Source: Bacteroidales bacterium UBA6397 | GTDB lineage: Bacteria > Bacteroidota > Bacteroidia > Bacteroidales > UBA932 | DNA length: 64,000 nucleotides | Assembly: GCA_002439875.1 (NCBI GenBank) | Contig: DJQB01000036.1 | Coordinates: forward strand, 139,079 to 203,078 | Direction: 5' to 3' | In this document: positions 33,310-41,433 of the stretch, one piece after another | Position numbering within the stretch: the stretch's first letter is position 1 | Layout: every line of letters starts with the position of its first letter | Position numbers and translations under genes: made by a program | Notes under the pieces: generated by a model | Databases searched by the model: none | Seen by the model: only the letters and a program-made list of their open reading frames with translations | What the model was told of the DNA's origin: nothing

Positions 33310-33756
33310 ATGACACAAGGTGTTAAGGAAAGACTGATTACTTTTTTGAAGAATGAGGGTTTGTCGCAGGCTAAGTTTGAGCGCATCTGTGGCTTTTCCA
33401 ATGGTTATGTAAACAACATTCGTAACGGTATCGGAGCTGATAAGTTGCAGACTATTCTCTGTAAATTCCCAGCATTGAACGCCAACTGGCTTGTCAATGG
33501 AGAAGGTGAAATGTCTACTCCATCACAGAGAGCAGGGGATAATAGTGTCGTTATTGGCAGCCATAATCACCATGGCTCTTTCAACATCGATAACCGCCAA
33601 TATTATTCCGACAGCCCCGATGTCCTCAGAGCCCAAATCGAACTACTCGACGAACGCATCAAGGAGAAGGACGCCCAGATCAAGGAGAAGGACGCCCAGA
33701 TCAAGGAGAAGGACGCCCAGATAAACCGTCTCCTCTCCATCCTCGAAAAGCAATAA
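33310..33756 (+). CDS. cI-like HTH repressor with a C-terminal coiled coil
   Basis: HTH motif LSQAKFERICGFSNGYVNNIRNG and the NWLVNGEGEM motif common in Bacteroidota phage repressors. It is divergent from the early operon. Confidence 0.7.
   Translation: MTQGVKERLITFLKNEGLSQAKFERICGFSNGYVNNIRNGIGADKLQTILCKFPALNANWLVNGEGEMSTPSQRAGDNSVVIGSHNHHGSFNIDNRQYYSDSPDVLRAQIELLDERIKEKDAQIKEKDAQIKEKDAQINRLLSILEKQ
33658..33720 (+). repeat. Perfect 21-bp tandem repeat, three copies, inside the repressor gene
   Basis: ATCAAGGAGAAGGACGCCCAG occurs three times and encodes IKEKDAQ x3. Confidence 0.95.
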
Positions 33757-33949
33757 GAAAGGGCGCACCTCCCGGCGTGGCCTTTCCCTTACCATTAAAT
33801 CATTAGGATTATAAGAAAGTCTATAGTCCAAGTTTAGGAATCAACACTAATTTTAACTGTTATGAGTAAAGAAAATTATCAAACGAAGAAAGCTCCTGCA
33901 GGGCCTCCACCGCCACCTCCATCGAGCAGTGACCCGAAGATCCACGGCA

Positions 33950-34549
33950 TCAGACCAGCATCGCCTCCACTGCCAGAGAAAAAAGGATGATGCAAGCGAA
34001 TGCAGCCGCCCAAAGACTGATGTTGACGCCTATCCGGTAACACTTCCTTATCCGCAGGGCGATACGGAGGTTTCTATTGGCACAATCCTGCAATCGGATC
34101 AGCTCCTGGTACTTCTTACACACCACCCAATTCTTGTCTTTGTAGTTGTCGAGCCAATCGACTGTTTCCAGTGTAAGAAAATCAGCTGGAGCGGATCCCG
34201 GACCGTAAGAAGTCACATTGTACATTGATCCCTTCCAGAAGCAGATGATGACCACCGAGATGAATACAATGCCATAGCACGTGAGCGACAATGAAAGCGT
34301 CGAAGGTGCTGATGCGGCCACGAGCCCGGCAAGGATGCCGATCAGGGAGATGTCAGCAGCGACATACCATCCGAGGAACGTCTGGACAATCCCCATTGTG
34401 TGGCTGATTGTCTGTGTGCTGAATTCCAGCTTCCTTTTCCCCGCCTCGTAGGCAAGGTTGATGATTTCCGGAGTCAGCCTGTCCATCGGGATGTCGAATG
34501 TCTTCTCCTCGAAGACCTGCTTGGCTGTGTTTTCTTTATGCTTGAACAT
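33950..34549 (-). CDS. Multi-pass membrane protein, convergent with the repressor gene
   Basis: ATG at 34549 (MFKHKENTAKQVF), with about 4 predicted TM helices. Confidence 0.6.
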   Translation of the reverse strand: MFKHKENTAKQVFEEKTFDIPMDRLTPEIINLAYEAGKRKLEFSTQTISHTMGIVQTFLGWYVAADISLIGILAGLVAASAPSTLSLSLTCYGIVFISVVIICFWKGSMYNVTSYGPGSAPADFLTLETVDWLDNYKDKNWVVCKKYQELIRLQDCANRNLRIALRIRKCYRIGVNISLWAAAFACIILFSLAVEAMLV

Positions 34550-34705
34550 ACCTCTGTTGTTTTTTGCAAATATAATAAATCCAATGTAGTAAACCTTATC
34601 GTTTATCAATAAATCGAAATTAAAATTTCGGTCAAAATTAATTAAAATTTCTAAAATTATCGTTGTAAGTAATTGTTTAATAAAATTTTAAGTGGACGTG
34701 TGCCA

Positions 34706-34727
34706 GGACAAAAACGGGACAAAAACT
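34706..34727. repeat. Tandem 11-bp repeat GGACAAAAACG, two copies
   Basis: GGACAAAAACG is followed by GGACAAAAACT. Confidence 0.8.
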
Positions 34728-34866
34728 TTTAGTAAATCGTTTTATGAGCAAAAAGCCGAAATTGATTACCAAGGACTTAAAAAGTTTAGAACCCGACAGA
34801 GCAATCCTGTATCCTCCGCAAAATCGCTGTAATGAACTAATAGACAATATTTTACGGGATTTTTCC

Positions 34867-34898
34867 GAGAAAAACGGGACAAAAACGGGACAAGATTT
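34867..34898. repeat. Tandem 11-bp repeat of the same family, about three copies
   Basis: Reads GAGAAAAACG GGACAAAAACG GGACAAGATTT. Confidence 0.75.
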
Positions 34899-35016
34899 TT
34901 CCTTGTATGATGCGCTCAGCGCATTGTGCAAAGAAAAAAAAATTGTGTTAACGCCACCGATTCCATACATAGATTTCATTCCTCCGAAGCTCTCAAGGCC
35001 GTTGACATTATAGATT

Positions 35017-35042
35017 AAAAAAGCCCCGGATTGCTCCGGGGC
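35017..35042 (-). terminator. Rho-independent terminator after the 63-aa HTH gene
   Basis: Hairpin GCCCCGG-N6-CCGGGGC followed on the minus strand by TTTTTT. Confidence 0.75.
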
Positions 35043-35072
35043 CGTGCGGCTATGCGCTTTTGCTGTCAAACA

Positions 35073-35264
35073 TTAAGAGATAGCCGATAATTCTTTTGCG
35101 ATGGTGTGGATGCCGTCCACAATTTTCGCCCTCATAGCCGGACGCGGCTTACGATAGCCGTTGGCATAGTGGGTCAGTTGTTGTTGGTTGATTCCGGTCA
35201 CTTTGGCGATGGCCGATTTCGGCACCAATTTTTCTGTATAGTGAAGAAGAGCCGCGGTGGTCAT
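35073..35264 (-). CDS. Small HTH DNA-binding protein (63 aa)
   Basis: HTH motif SAIAKVTGINQQQLTHYANGYRKP. Confidence 0.65.
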   Translation of the reverse strand: MTTAALLHYTEKLVPKSAIAKVTGINQQQLTHYANGYRKPRPAMRAKIVDGIHTIAKELSAIS

Positions 35265-35515
35265 ACTCCATTCAAACTCCCATTCACCGTCAAATTCAGC
35301 TGGGCAGTCGGATTGTGCAACCCGTCAGCCGGAATCAAATATTCCCCTCCATTTTCACCCACAAGCACGGTAGGGGAGGACACGAACCCTCTCTTGTCCG
35401 GAGACAGCCGCACCTTGAACGCCTTCCCCATAACCGCCTGCACCGCGTTCACCATCAACGCCACAGCCACCACAACCGCAAACACCCTCCGGATGCCCAC
35501 CGTGGTACTCTCCAT
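35261..35515 (-). CDS. Chimeric membrane-anchored protein: an early-operon TM leader fused to a tape-measure fragment
   Basis: The protein reads MESTTVGIRRVFAVVVAVALMVNAVQAVMGKAFKVRLSPDKRGFVSSPTVLVGENGGEYLIPADGLHNPT.... At the DNA level 35308..35429 matches 5361..5482 (115 of 122), and 35431..35635 matches 33041..33225. Confidence 0.55.
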   Translation of the reverse strand: MESTTVGIRRVFAVVVAVALMVNAVQAVMGKAFKVRLSPDKRGFVSSPTVLVGENGGEYLIPADGLHNPTAQLNLTVNGSLNGV

Positions 35516-35713
35516 CCAGTATGATAACCCACGACAGCTCACCTATAACTCATTTGTTTTCTGAATATTTTATTACTAAATTCGCATTAAATGTTGCTGT
35601 GTGGCATCTGTAATGTTTGAGTTTAACGTTTACAGTTTATTATATGTTAGACAATAATAAACTTGTTTTTATATGTTGGAACTTCCTCCGCTTCCGCTGA
35701 TCAATAGCATGTT

Positions 35714-38700
35714 ATGACTATCAAGAATTTGTCTTATGCCGCAGCGATGATGTTTGTCGCGGCATCGGTCGGTTGTACATCCAACGACCTGGTTGAGAAT
35801 ATTGCCTTGAATAAGGCGGCCTGCGCTTCGTCTTCTTATGATTATAACCTTACGGCGCAGCTGGTCACGGATGGCGTTGTGGAAAATGCCGAACCCGCTT
35901 GGCTTAAAGTCTGTACGTCTGGAAGGGAATTTCCTCGGCGCGAGAAGGAATGGACCGTGGATGCCGGGCCATATTCAAGCAATAGGTTAGAGGGCGAGGC
36001 CAATTTCCTTGAATATGAATGGAGTCGACAGAGGTTTTCCGCCGGTTGTGTCCGTGTGCGTGGGTATGTGGTCTATCAGGAGCCTGCTAAAGGGTGGTCT
36101 GTCACATGCAAGGCAGGTGATTCCGGAGCGGTAATGAATCAGGTCGGGTTTGTCGGAGGCTCCGGCTTACCGGGGACAAAACGCCTCCCTGAAGTGATTA
36201 CGGATCCGAACAAACTAACCGAGTCAATCTCCCGTCCGTCCCGTGAGTTGGATTTGGAAATCCCACTCATAGATGCGGTTGACTTCAATCATTTCAAGAT
36301 TGAGTTCAATATGGACGGCGCTCTTTTCTGGGTTATCTATTCTGTGGATTTCTCAACGGAGCCGAAATTCGGAAGGAGTTCTGACACCGGACCTTATGAT
36401 TCCAAAGAATCACGTGGATTCATTGTGCTTCCGTCGGAGGTCTATTCAAGCGTGTGGATGAGCGCTGACGACAAGCCACAGTGGATTCGGATTGACCTTG
36501 GGTCGAAAAAGAAATTCAGTGAGGTTCGCCTTAATTGGATCCATAAGGCAGACGGTGGCCGCATTGAAGTATCGGACGATGGGAAGAGTTGGAAGAAGGT
36601 CGCTGATCTTCCGCAGACAGATTCTCTGGCATATTCATTCAAGGCGGTTGGAAACGCCCGTTATGTCCGTCTTTCAATGGAGGGAACAGATGAGAGCGGG
36701 CATTTTGCTTTGAGTGAGATGGAAGTGCTTGGACCTAAAGTGATTGAAGAAATCAAGCCGGAATGGAAACTTCAGCGGGCTTCAGCAGTATCAGAAATTG
36801 GCGAGGTGATTTCCGGAAATGAATATGATGACTCGGATTGGCTGCCCGCGGTCGTGCCGGGAACTGTTCTATACAGTTACATAGCTGCAGGTGCCGTGCC
36901 GGATCCCGGAATCGCGGACAACAATCTTCAGATTTCAGAATCGTTCTTCAATTCTGATTTCTGGTACAGGTGGACACCGGACACTCGGTCACTGAGCATG
37001 TCGAAGCGACCGGAAGGCGAGTCTCTGATTCTTGCATTCGATGGAATAAACTGGAAGGCAGAGGTTTATGTCAATGGAAAATTTGTGGGGAACATCGCCG
37101 GCGCCTTCAAGCGCGCCCGTTTTGACATCACGGACTTGATAATAGGCGATAAAGATGTCATAGCCGTTCACATTATAAAACCAGCCCATTATGCGGCAGT
37201 CAAGGAGAAAAACGCCGAGAGCCCGGACTTCAACGGTGGCCAGCTCGGGGCCGACAACCCGACTTTCCATGCCACTGTGGGTTGGGACTGGATGCCTACA
37301 GTCAGAGGACGCGACATGGGAATATGGAACGACATCCGGATCGAGAAGGTGAAGGCTGTGACTTTAAGTGATCCTTTGGTTCAGAGCAAGATAACGGATG
37401 GACTTGCGTCGATGACCGTTTCGGTCAAGATTGTGGACGGAACTTACAAGTCGCTTCGACAGGCCCAGCGACCAGAGAAAACCATCTGCGGAACCCTGCG
37501 TGGAACCATCGGCGGCATCGAGTTCTCAAAGATAGTGGAATTGAAAGCAGGGGAGAGTGGAACTATCATATTCACTCCCGAGGAATATCCTCAACTGAAG
37601 AATCAGGAAATCGCTCTTTGGTGGCCTAACGGCTACGGCGAGCCTGCTTTGCACAAAGCTACCTTCACATTCATTCCTGACGGAGCGACAGAAGCGATGA
37701 CATCTATCGAATGGCAGGCCGGCATCAGGGAATTCACCTACGGTGATGTTATGAGTGACCTTAAGATGTTCATCAACGGCCGCCGCTTCTTCCCTAAAGG
37801 CGGCAACTGGGGCTTCAGCGAATATAACCTCCGCTATAGGGCTGATGAATATGAAAACGCGGTCCGTATGCACAAGGACATGAATATGAATATGATCCGT
37901 AACTGGGTCGGCCAGACGGGCGATGAGGAGTTCTATGAAGCCTGCGACAAGTATGGAATAGTAGTATGGCAGGATTTCTGGCTGGCCAACCCGGCAGACG
38001 GCCCTGATCCAGATGACAATGAGATGTTCCTTGACAATGCCAGAGATTATGTCAGCCTGATCCGCAAACATCCGAGCATCGGTCTGTACTGTGGTCGTAA
38101 CGAGGGCTATCCTCCGGCAGCGTTGAACGCCGGTCTGACAGAGACCGTTAACGCTCTTCATTCAGACATCGTTTATATTCCAAGCTCAGCCGATGACGGT
38201 GTCAGCGGCCACGGCCCTTACCGTGCCGTCGAGCCTTCGTACTACTTCGAAAACCCGACTGCCAAGTTCCACAGCGAGAGGGGAATGCCTGCGATCATGG
38301 AATATGAAAGCCTGCGTCAGATGCTCACTCCGGACCATCTCTGGCCTACGAACGATGTCTGGGGACAGCATGATTTCACAAGAACGGGAGCTCAGGGCGA
38401 CACAGCGTTTGTCGGAATGGTAAGAAGGCGTTTCGGAGAGCAGGCGATGGAGTCCGCCGAGACGTTCGCGAAATATGCCCAGTGGGTCAACTATGATGGC
38501 TACCGTGCCATGTACGAGGCGAACAACGTCGGTCGTAAAGGACTCCTGATCTGGATGTCACATAGTGCCTGGCCAAGCCTTGCATGGCAGACCTACGATT
38601 ATTGGTTCCGTCCGACCGCGGCCTGTGCCGCTGTCAGAAAGGCCTGTGAGCCTCTGCACATCCAGTTAAATCCAGCGTCAAGCCATGTAGAAGTGGTGAA

Positions 38701-39004
38701 CGCCAGCTGTGGTGATCTTGAGAACCTGACCGCCGTCATTTCCGTGATTAAACCGGACGGTGAGGAAGTATATTCAAAAACAGCTGTTGTCAGCCCGTCG
38801 GAAGACACGACGACTCCGGTCATTAATGTCGCTGACGTGCCGGACGGCCTTTGCATAGTGACTCTCAAACTGACTTCAGCTGACGGCAATGTCCTTTCGG
38901 AGAATTGTTACTTCCGAAATTACCGCTCTGGTAAGGACACAGGTAACTATCAGGCACTTGTCGGGACTAAGTTGCTGGACGACTCAATGCTCAGATTTGA
39001 TTGA
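35714..39004 (+). CDS. Glycoside hydrolase family 2 lipoprotein with an N-terminal F5/8 type C (discoidin) domain
   Basis: Lipoprotein signal ...VAASVGC. Discoidin-like segment WIRIDLGSKKKFSEVRLNW...GKSWKKV. GH2 barrel motifs MIRNWVGQTGDEEFYEACDKYGIVVWQDFW and CGRNEGYPP. Confidence 0.8.
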   Translation: MTIKNLSYAAAMMFVAASVGCTSNDLVENIALNKAACASSSYDYNLTAQLVTDGVVENAEPAWLKVCTSGREFPRREKEWTVDAGPYSSNRLEGEANFLEYEWSRQRFSAGCVRVRGYVVYQEPAKGWSVTCKAGDSGAVMNQVGFVGGSGLPGTKRLPEVITDPNKLTESISRPSRELDLEIPLIDAVDFNHFKIEFNMDGALFWVIYSVDFSTEPKFGRSSDTGPYDSKESRGFIVLPSEVYSSVWMSADDKPQWIRIDLGSKKKFSEVRLNWIHKADGGRIEVSDDGKSWKKVADLPQTDSLAYSFKAVGNARYVRLSMEGTDESGHFALSEMEVLGPKVIEEIKPEWKLQRASAVSEIGEVISGNEYDDSDWLPAVVPGTVLYSYIAAGAVPDPGIADNNLQISESFFNSDFWYRWTPDTRSLSMSKRPEGESLILAFDGINWKAEVYVNGKFVGNIAGAFKRARFDITDLIIGDKDVIAVHIIKPAHYAAVKEKNAESPDFNGGQLGADNPTFHATVGWDWMPTVRGRDMGIWNDIRIEKVKAVTLSDPLVQSKITDGLASMTVSVKIVDGTYKSLRQAQRPEKTICGTLRGTIGGIEFSKIVELKAGESGTIIFTPEEYPQLKNQEIALWWPNGYGEPALHKATFTFIPDGATEAMTSIEWQAGIREFTYGDVMSDLKMFINGRRFFPKGGNWGFSEYNLRYRADEYENAVRMHKDMNMNMIRNWVGQTGDEEFYEACDKYGIVVWQDFWLANPADGPDPDDNEMFLDNARDYVSLIRKHPSIGLYCGRNEGYPPAALNAGLTETVNALHSDIVYIPSSADDGVSGHGPYRAVEPSYYFENPTAKFHSERGMPAIMEYESLRQMLTPDHLWPTNDVWGQHDFTRTGAQGDTAFVGMVRRRFGEQAMESAETFAKYAQWVNYDGYRAMYEANNVGRKGLLIWMSHSAWPSLAWQTYDYWFRPTAACAAVRKACEPLHIQLNPASSHVEVVNASCGDLENLTAVISVIKPDGEEVYSKTAVVSPSEDTTTPVINVADVPDGLCIVTLKLTSADGNVLSENCYFRNYRSGKDTGNYQALVGTKLLDDSMLRFD

Positions 39005-39095
39005 CGAGATGAATGAAAATATTGTTCCATTCAACCGGATAGACTCTTGTGAAGTTGACTGTTGGAGATGTAATTGTCTCTGTCTGCCAGTAACT

Positions 39096-40025
39096 TTAGT
39101 CTGCAAACTTCACATCCGCCATCACAAAGTAGTGGTCGCTTGGCAGGATGCCATTGATCCCTTCCGTGATCATGCGGCAATGAACCGGCTTGGCCTTGCC
39201 GTGCAGATAGATGAAATCAATGCGGGTGTTCTTCTTGGTGTACTTCCCGCCTTTGAAACCATGAAAAGAGAAGCGGTCCGGGATGTCCATCCATTCGTAA
39301 GCGTCTTTCCATCCTGCTGCGTGCAGTGTCTGGGCCGCCCCGTCAGTGATGCTTGAATTGAAATCCCCACAGATGATCTGCGGAAAATCCTCTGCATACT
39401 GACCTGCTTCCGCAGCCAGCATTTTTGCCTGTTCCCGCCTTGCGTTGTCAGACTTGTGGTCAAGGTGCGTGTCAAGTATGCGGAACTCCTCACCGGTTTT
39501 CCTGTCACGAAGCCTGAGATAGTTGCAGTGCCTTGCCCTTGTGGTTCCCCACGATATTGTGCCCCCGATGAGCGGCTCCTCTGACAGCCAGTAGCAACCT
39601 GCTCCGAGCATCTCGTATCTGGAGGTCTTGTAGAAGATCACATTCTTTCCGATGAAGTGGTAGCCTTCCGTGAAAGGATCCATTTCGGGGCCTGAGAATC
39701 CGAACGAAGTATAGCCTTTCAACTCTTTCTTCATGTACTCGTTGGAGTCATAGATGACCTCCTGCATGCAGATGATGTCTGGTCTCTGGGCAAGTATCAC
39801 GTCCCGGCAGACCTCCCGTCTTTCCTCCCATGTGCATCCCGGTTTCTTGGAGTCTTCCGGCAGTCCCGTTATGCGGATGTTGCAGGTCATGATTCGGTGG
39901 GTGCCTTTCTCCTGCGCGTCACGGCTGAGACCTTTCGCGGCGGCACTCGAAGGCAATGTGCCAGCAACCGCAAGCAACGCAGTCAAGGCCGTAATAATCA
40001 ATGATTTGTTCTTGAATATGTTCAT
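39096..40025 (-). CDS. Secreted endonuclease/exonuclease/phosphatase (EEP) family protein
   Basis: Signal peptide from the ATG at 40025. EEP motifs TCNIR, CMQEV, DTHLDH, CGDFN and PSDHY. Confidence 0.8.
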   Translation of the reverse strand: MNIFKNKSLIITALTALLAVAGTLPSSAAAKGLSRDAQEKGTHRIMTCNIRITGLPEDSKKPGCTWEERREVCRDVILAQRPDIICMQEVIYDSNEYMKKELKGYTSFGFSGPEMDPFTEGYHFIGKNVIFYKTSRYEMLGAGCYWLSEEPLIGGTISWGTTRARHCNYLRLRDRKTGEEFRILDTHLDHKSDNARREQAKMLAAEAGQYAEDFPQIICGDFNSSITDGAAQTLHAAGWKDAYEWMDIPDRFSFHGFKGGKYTKKNTRIDFIYLHGKAKPVHCRMITEGINGILPSDHYFVMADVKFAD

Positions 40026-40047
40026 GATTGGAACTATTATATATTCA

Positions 40048-41421
40048 TTAGTCCCTGAGGTATGCTCCGGTTTCCTTGAGTTCCTTGCGGACCTCGGCAA
40101 CATTTACCTTGGCTACCGGCACGCCTTCCTCCAATGCGATTCTTGCCGCCCTTCCGGCAGCCTCTCCCATAGCCATGCAAGTGGACATCACTCTGGCGGA
40201 AGCCATGGCCTCGTGGGTCATTGATGCGCACCGTCCGGCCACGAGCAGATTTCCGATTTTTTCCGGAACCAGCATCCGGTAAGGCAGATCGTAGCAATCC
40301 GGGCACCACATCATCGTACAATCGTCTCCGTGGCTGTGATGTATGTCTACAGGATAGCTGCCGACACCTATAGAGTCCTCAAACTTGCGGCACTTCAGGA
40401 TGTCATCAGCGGTAAGCACATATTCGCCCTTGATGACGCGACTCTCGCGGATCCCCATAAACGGGGCGACCTTGTCTCTCCATGCATTCTCGAATCCCGG
40501 AATGAAGTCCTTGAGGTATCTTTCAACCTCCTCGTTCTGGAAGCGGGCCTTGATTTCCCCTTCGGTGTAGCTGGCGGGATCGGTGGAATCCACACCGCAT
40601 ACCCTGGACATATTCACCCAGATTTCATCTTCGGCCAGGCCTGTGATGAGGATTGTTCTGGCCACAGGAATGTCATAGCCTTTCTCTCTGGCCTCGTTGA
40701 TCTTCTTTCTGAATCCAACCACGATGAAAGGTCCGTCTTTGAACTGTTCGGTCGGCATCACGTCCATGTCGAATTCATCCGGATGGTTCACTATCGCGTC
40801 CCTAAGCTCGGGCATATTGACACCTCTCATCGAGAACATCAATGTCGGCGGCTGCAAGCCTCCTTCAGAGTCCCCTTTATGGCATTCCACTCCGGCCTTG
40901 AAGGCGACATCAGCGTCTCCCGTGCAGTCTATGACTGCTTTTGCCATGATGGCCTCACGACCTTCCTTGCTTTCGACTATGATGCCTTTCACATCGTCAC
41001 CTTCCTTGATGACACCTGAGCAGAACACGTACATCAGGATTTTGACTCCGACTTCCTCCAGCATCGCCAAAGCCTCGTCCTTCACGGCTTCAGGATCTAT
41101 GATCGTGAGGCTGACATGGTTCTTGCACGGCTTGTGTTCCGAAGCCTTGCCCTTGGCTCTTAGCCTGCTGATTAGCATCTGGGGCAGACCTTCGATGACC
41201 TGATTGCCCTTTCTGCCTAGAAATCCGAGGATCGGAAGACCGAGAGTAAGGTTGCCACCTATGTAGCCGCGGCTCTCGATGAGCATGACATCAAGGCCTT
41301 TGCCGGCGGCGGCACGGGCGGCCATTATGCCGGAAGGTCCACCTCCGACAACAAGTATATCCACATTGTCCCTGACCGGAATTTCCCTTGCCGGCTCTGT
41401 GTAAGTTCTTTTTGTTTCCAT
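40048..41421 (-). CDS. FAD-dependent oxidoreductase
   Basis: N-terminal dinucleotide-binding motif DILVVGGGPSGIMAARAAA. 457 aa. Confidence 0.8.
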   Translation of the reverse strand: METKRTYTEPAREIPVRDNVDILVVGGGPSGIMAARAAAGKGLDVMLIESRGYIGGNLTLGLPILGFLGRKGNQVIEGLPQMLISRLRAKGKASEHKPCKNHVSLTIIDPEAVKDEALAMLEEVGVKILMYVFCSGVIKEGDDVKGIIVESKEGREAIMAKAVIDCTGDADVAFKAGVECHKGDSEGGLQPPTLMFSMRGVNMPELRDAIVNHPDEFDMDVMPTEQFKDGPFIVVGFRKKINEAREKGYDIPVARTILITGLAEDEIWVNMSRVCGVDSTDPASYTEGEIKARFQNEEVERYLKDFIPGFENAWRDKVAPFMGIRESRVIKGEYVLTADDILKCRKFEDSIGVGSYPVDIHHSHGDDCTMMWCPDCYDLPYRMLVPEKIGNLLVAGRCASMTHEAMASARVMSTCMAMGEAAGRAARIALEEGVPVAKVNVAEVRKELKETGAYLRD

Positions 41422-41433
41422 TGTTATTTGTTA

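Larger units (their letters stand above)
1..35640. mobile_element. Temperate siphovirus-like prophage. The left end is outside the window and the right boundary is approximate.
   Basis: Contiguous, mostly minus-strand block of tail, tape measure, putative portal, terminase, capsid, protease, primase-helicase, recombinase and repressor-like genes. Ordinary chromosomal genes start at 35714. Confidence 0.75.

Noticed and set aside
33862-33990. A 42-aa proline-rich plus-strand ORF (MSKENYQTKKAPAGPPPPPPSSS...).
   Set aside because: It is very short and low in complexity, and it overlaps the 3' end of the convergent membrane-protein gene. Nothing supports it beyond being open.
34744-35013. The 89-aa plus-strand ORF (MSKKPKLITKDLKSLEPDRAILYPP...) as a real gene.
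   Set aside because: No recognisable promoter or motif was found. It runs through the 11-bp repeat cluster and into the terminator of the opposite-strand gene. I kept it only as a caveat in the repeat finding.
1-35640. Phage-wide stop-codon reassignment, prompted by the in-frame TAA in the DUF2335 gene and the tRNA-like elements.
   Set aside because: All large phage ORFs are uninterrupted under the standard code. These include the 1207-aa tape measure, the 1068-aa primase-helicase, terL and the capsid gene. Genes also terminate with ordinary TAA, TGA and TAG codons. Only one gene shows an internal stop.
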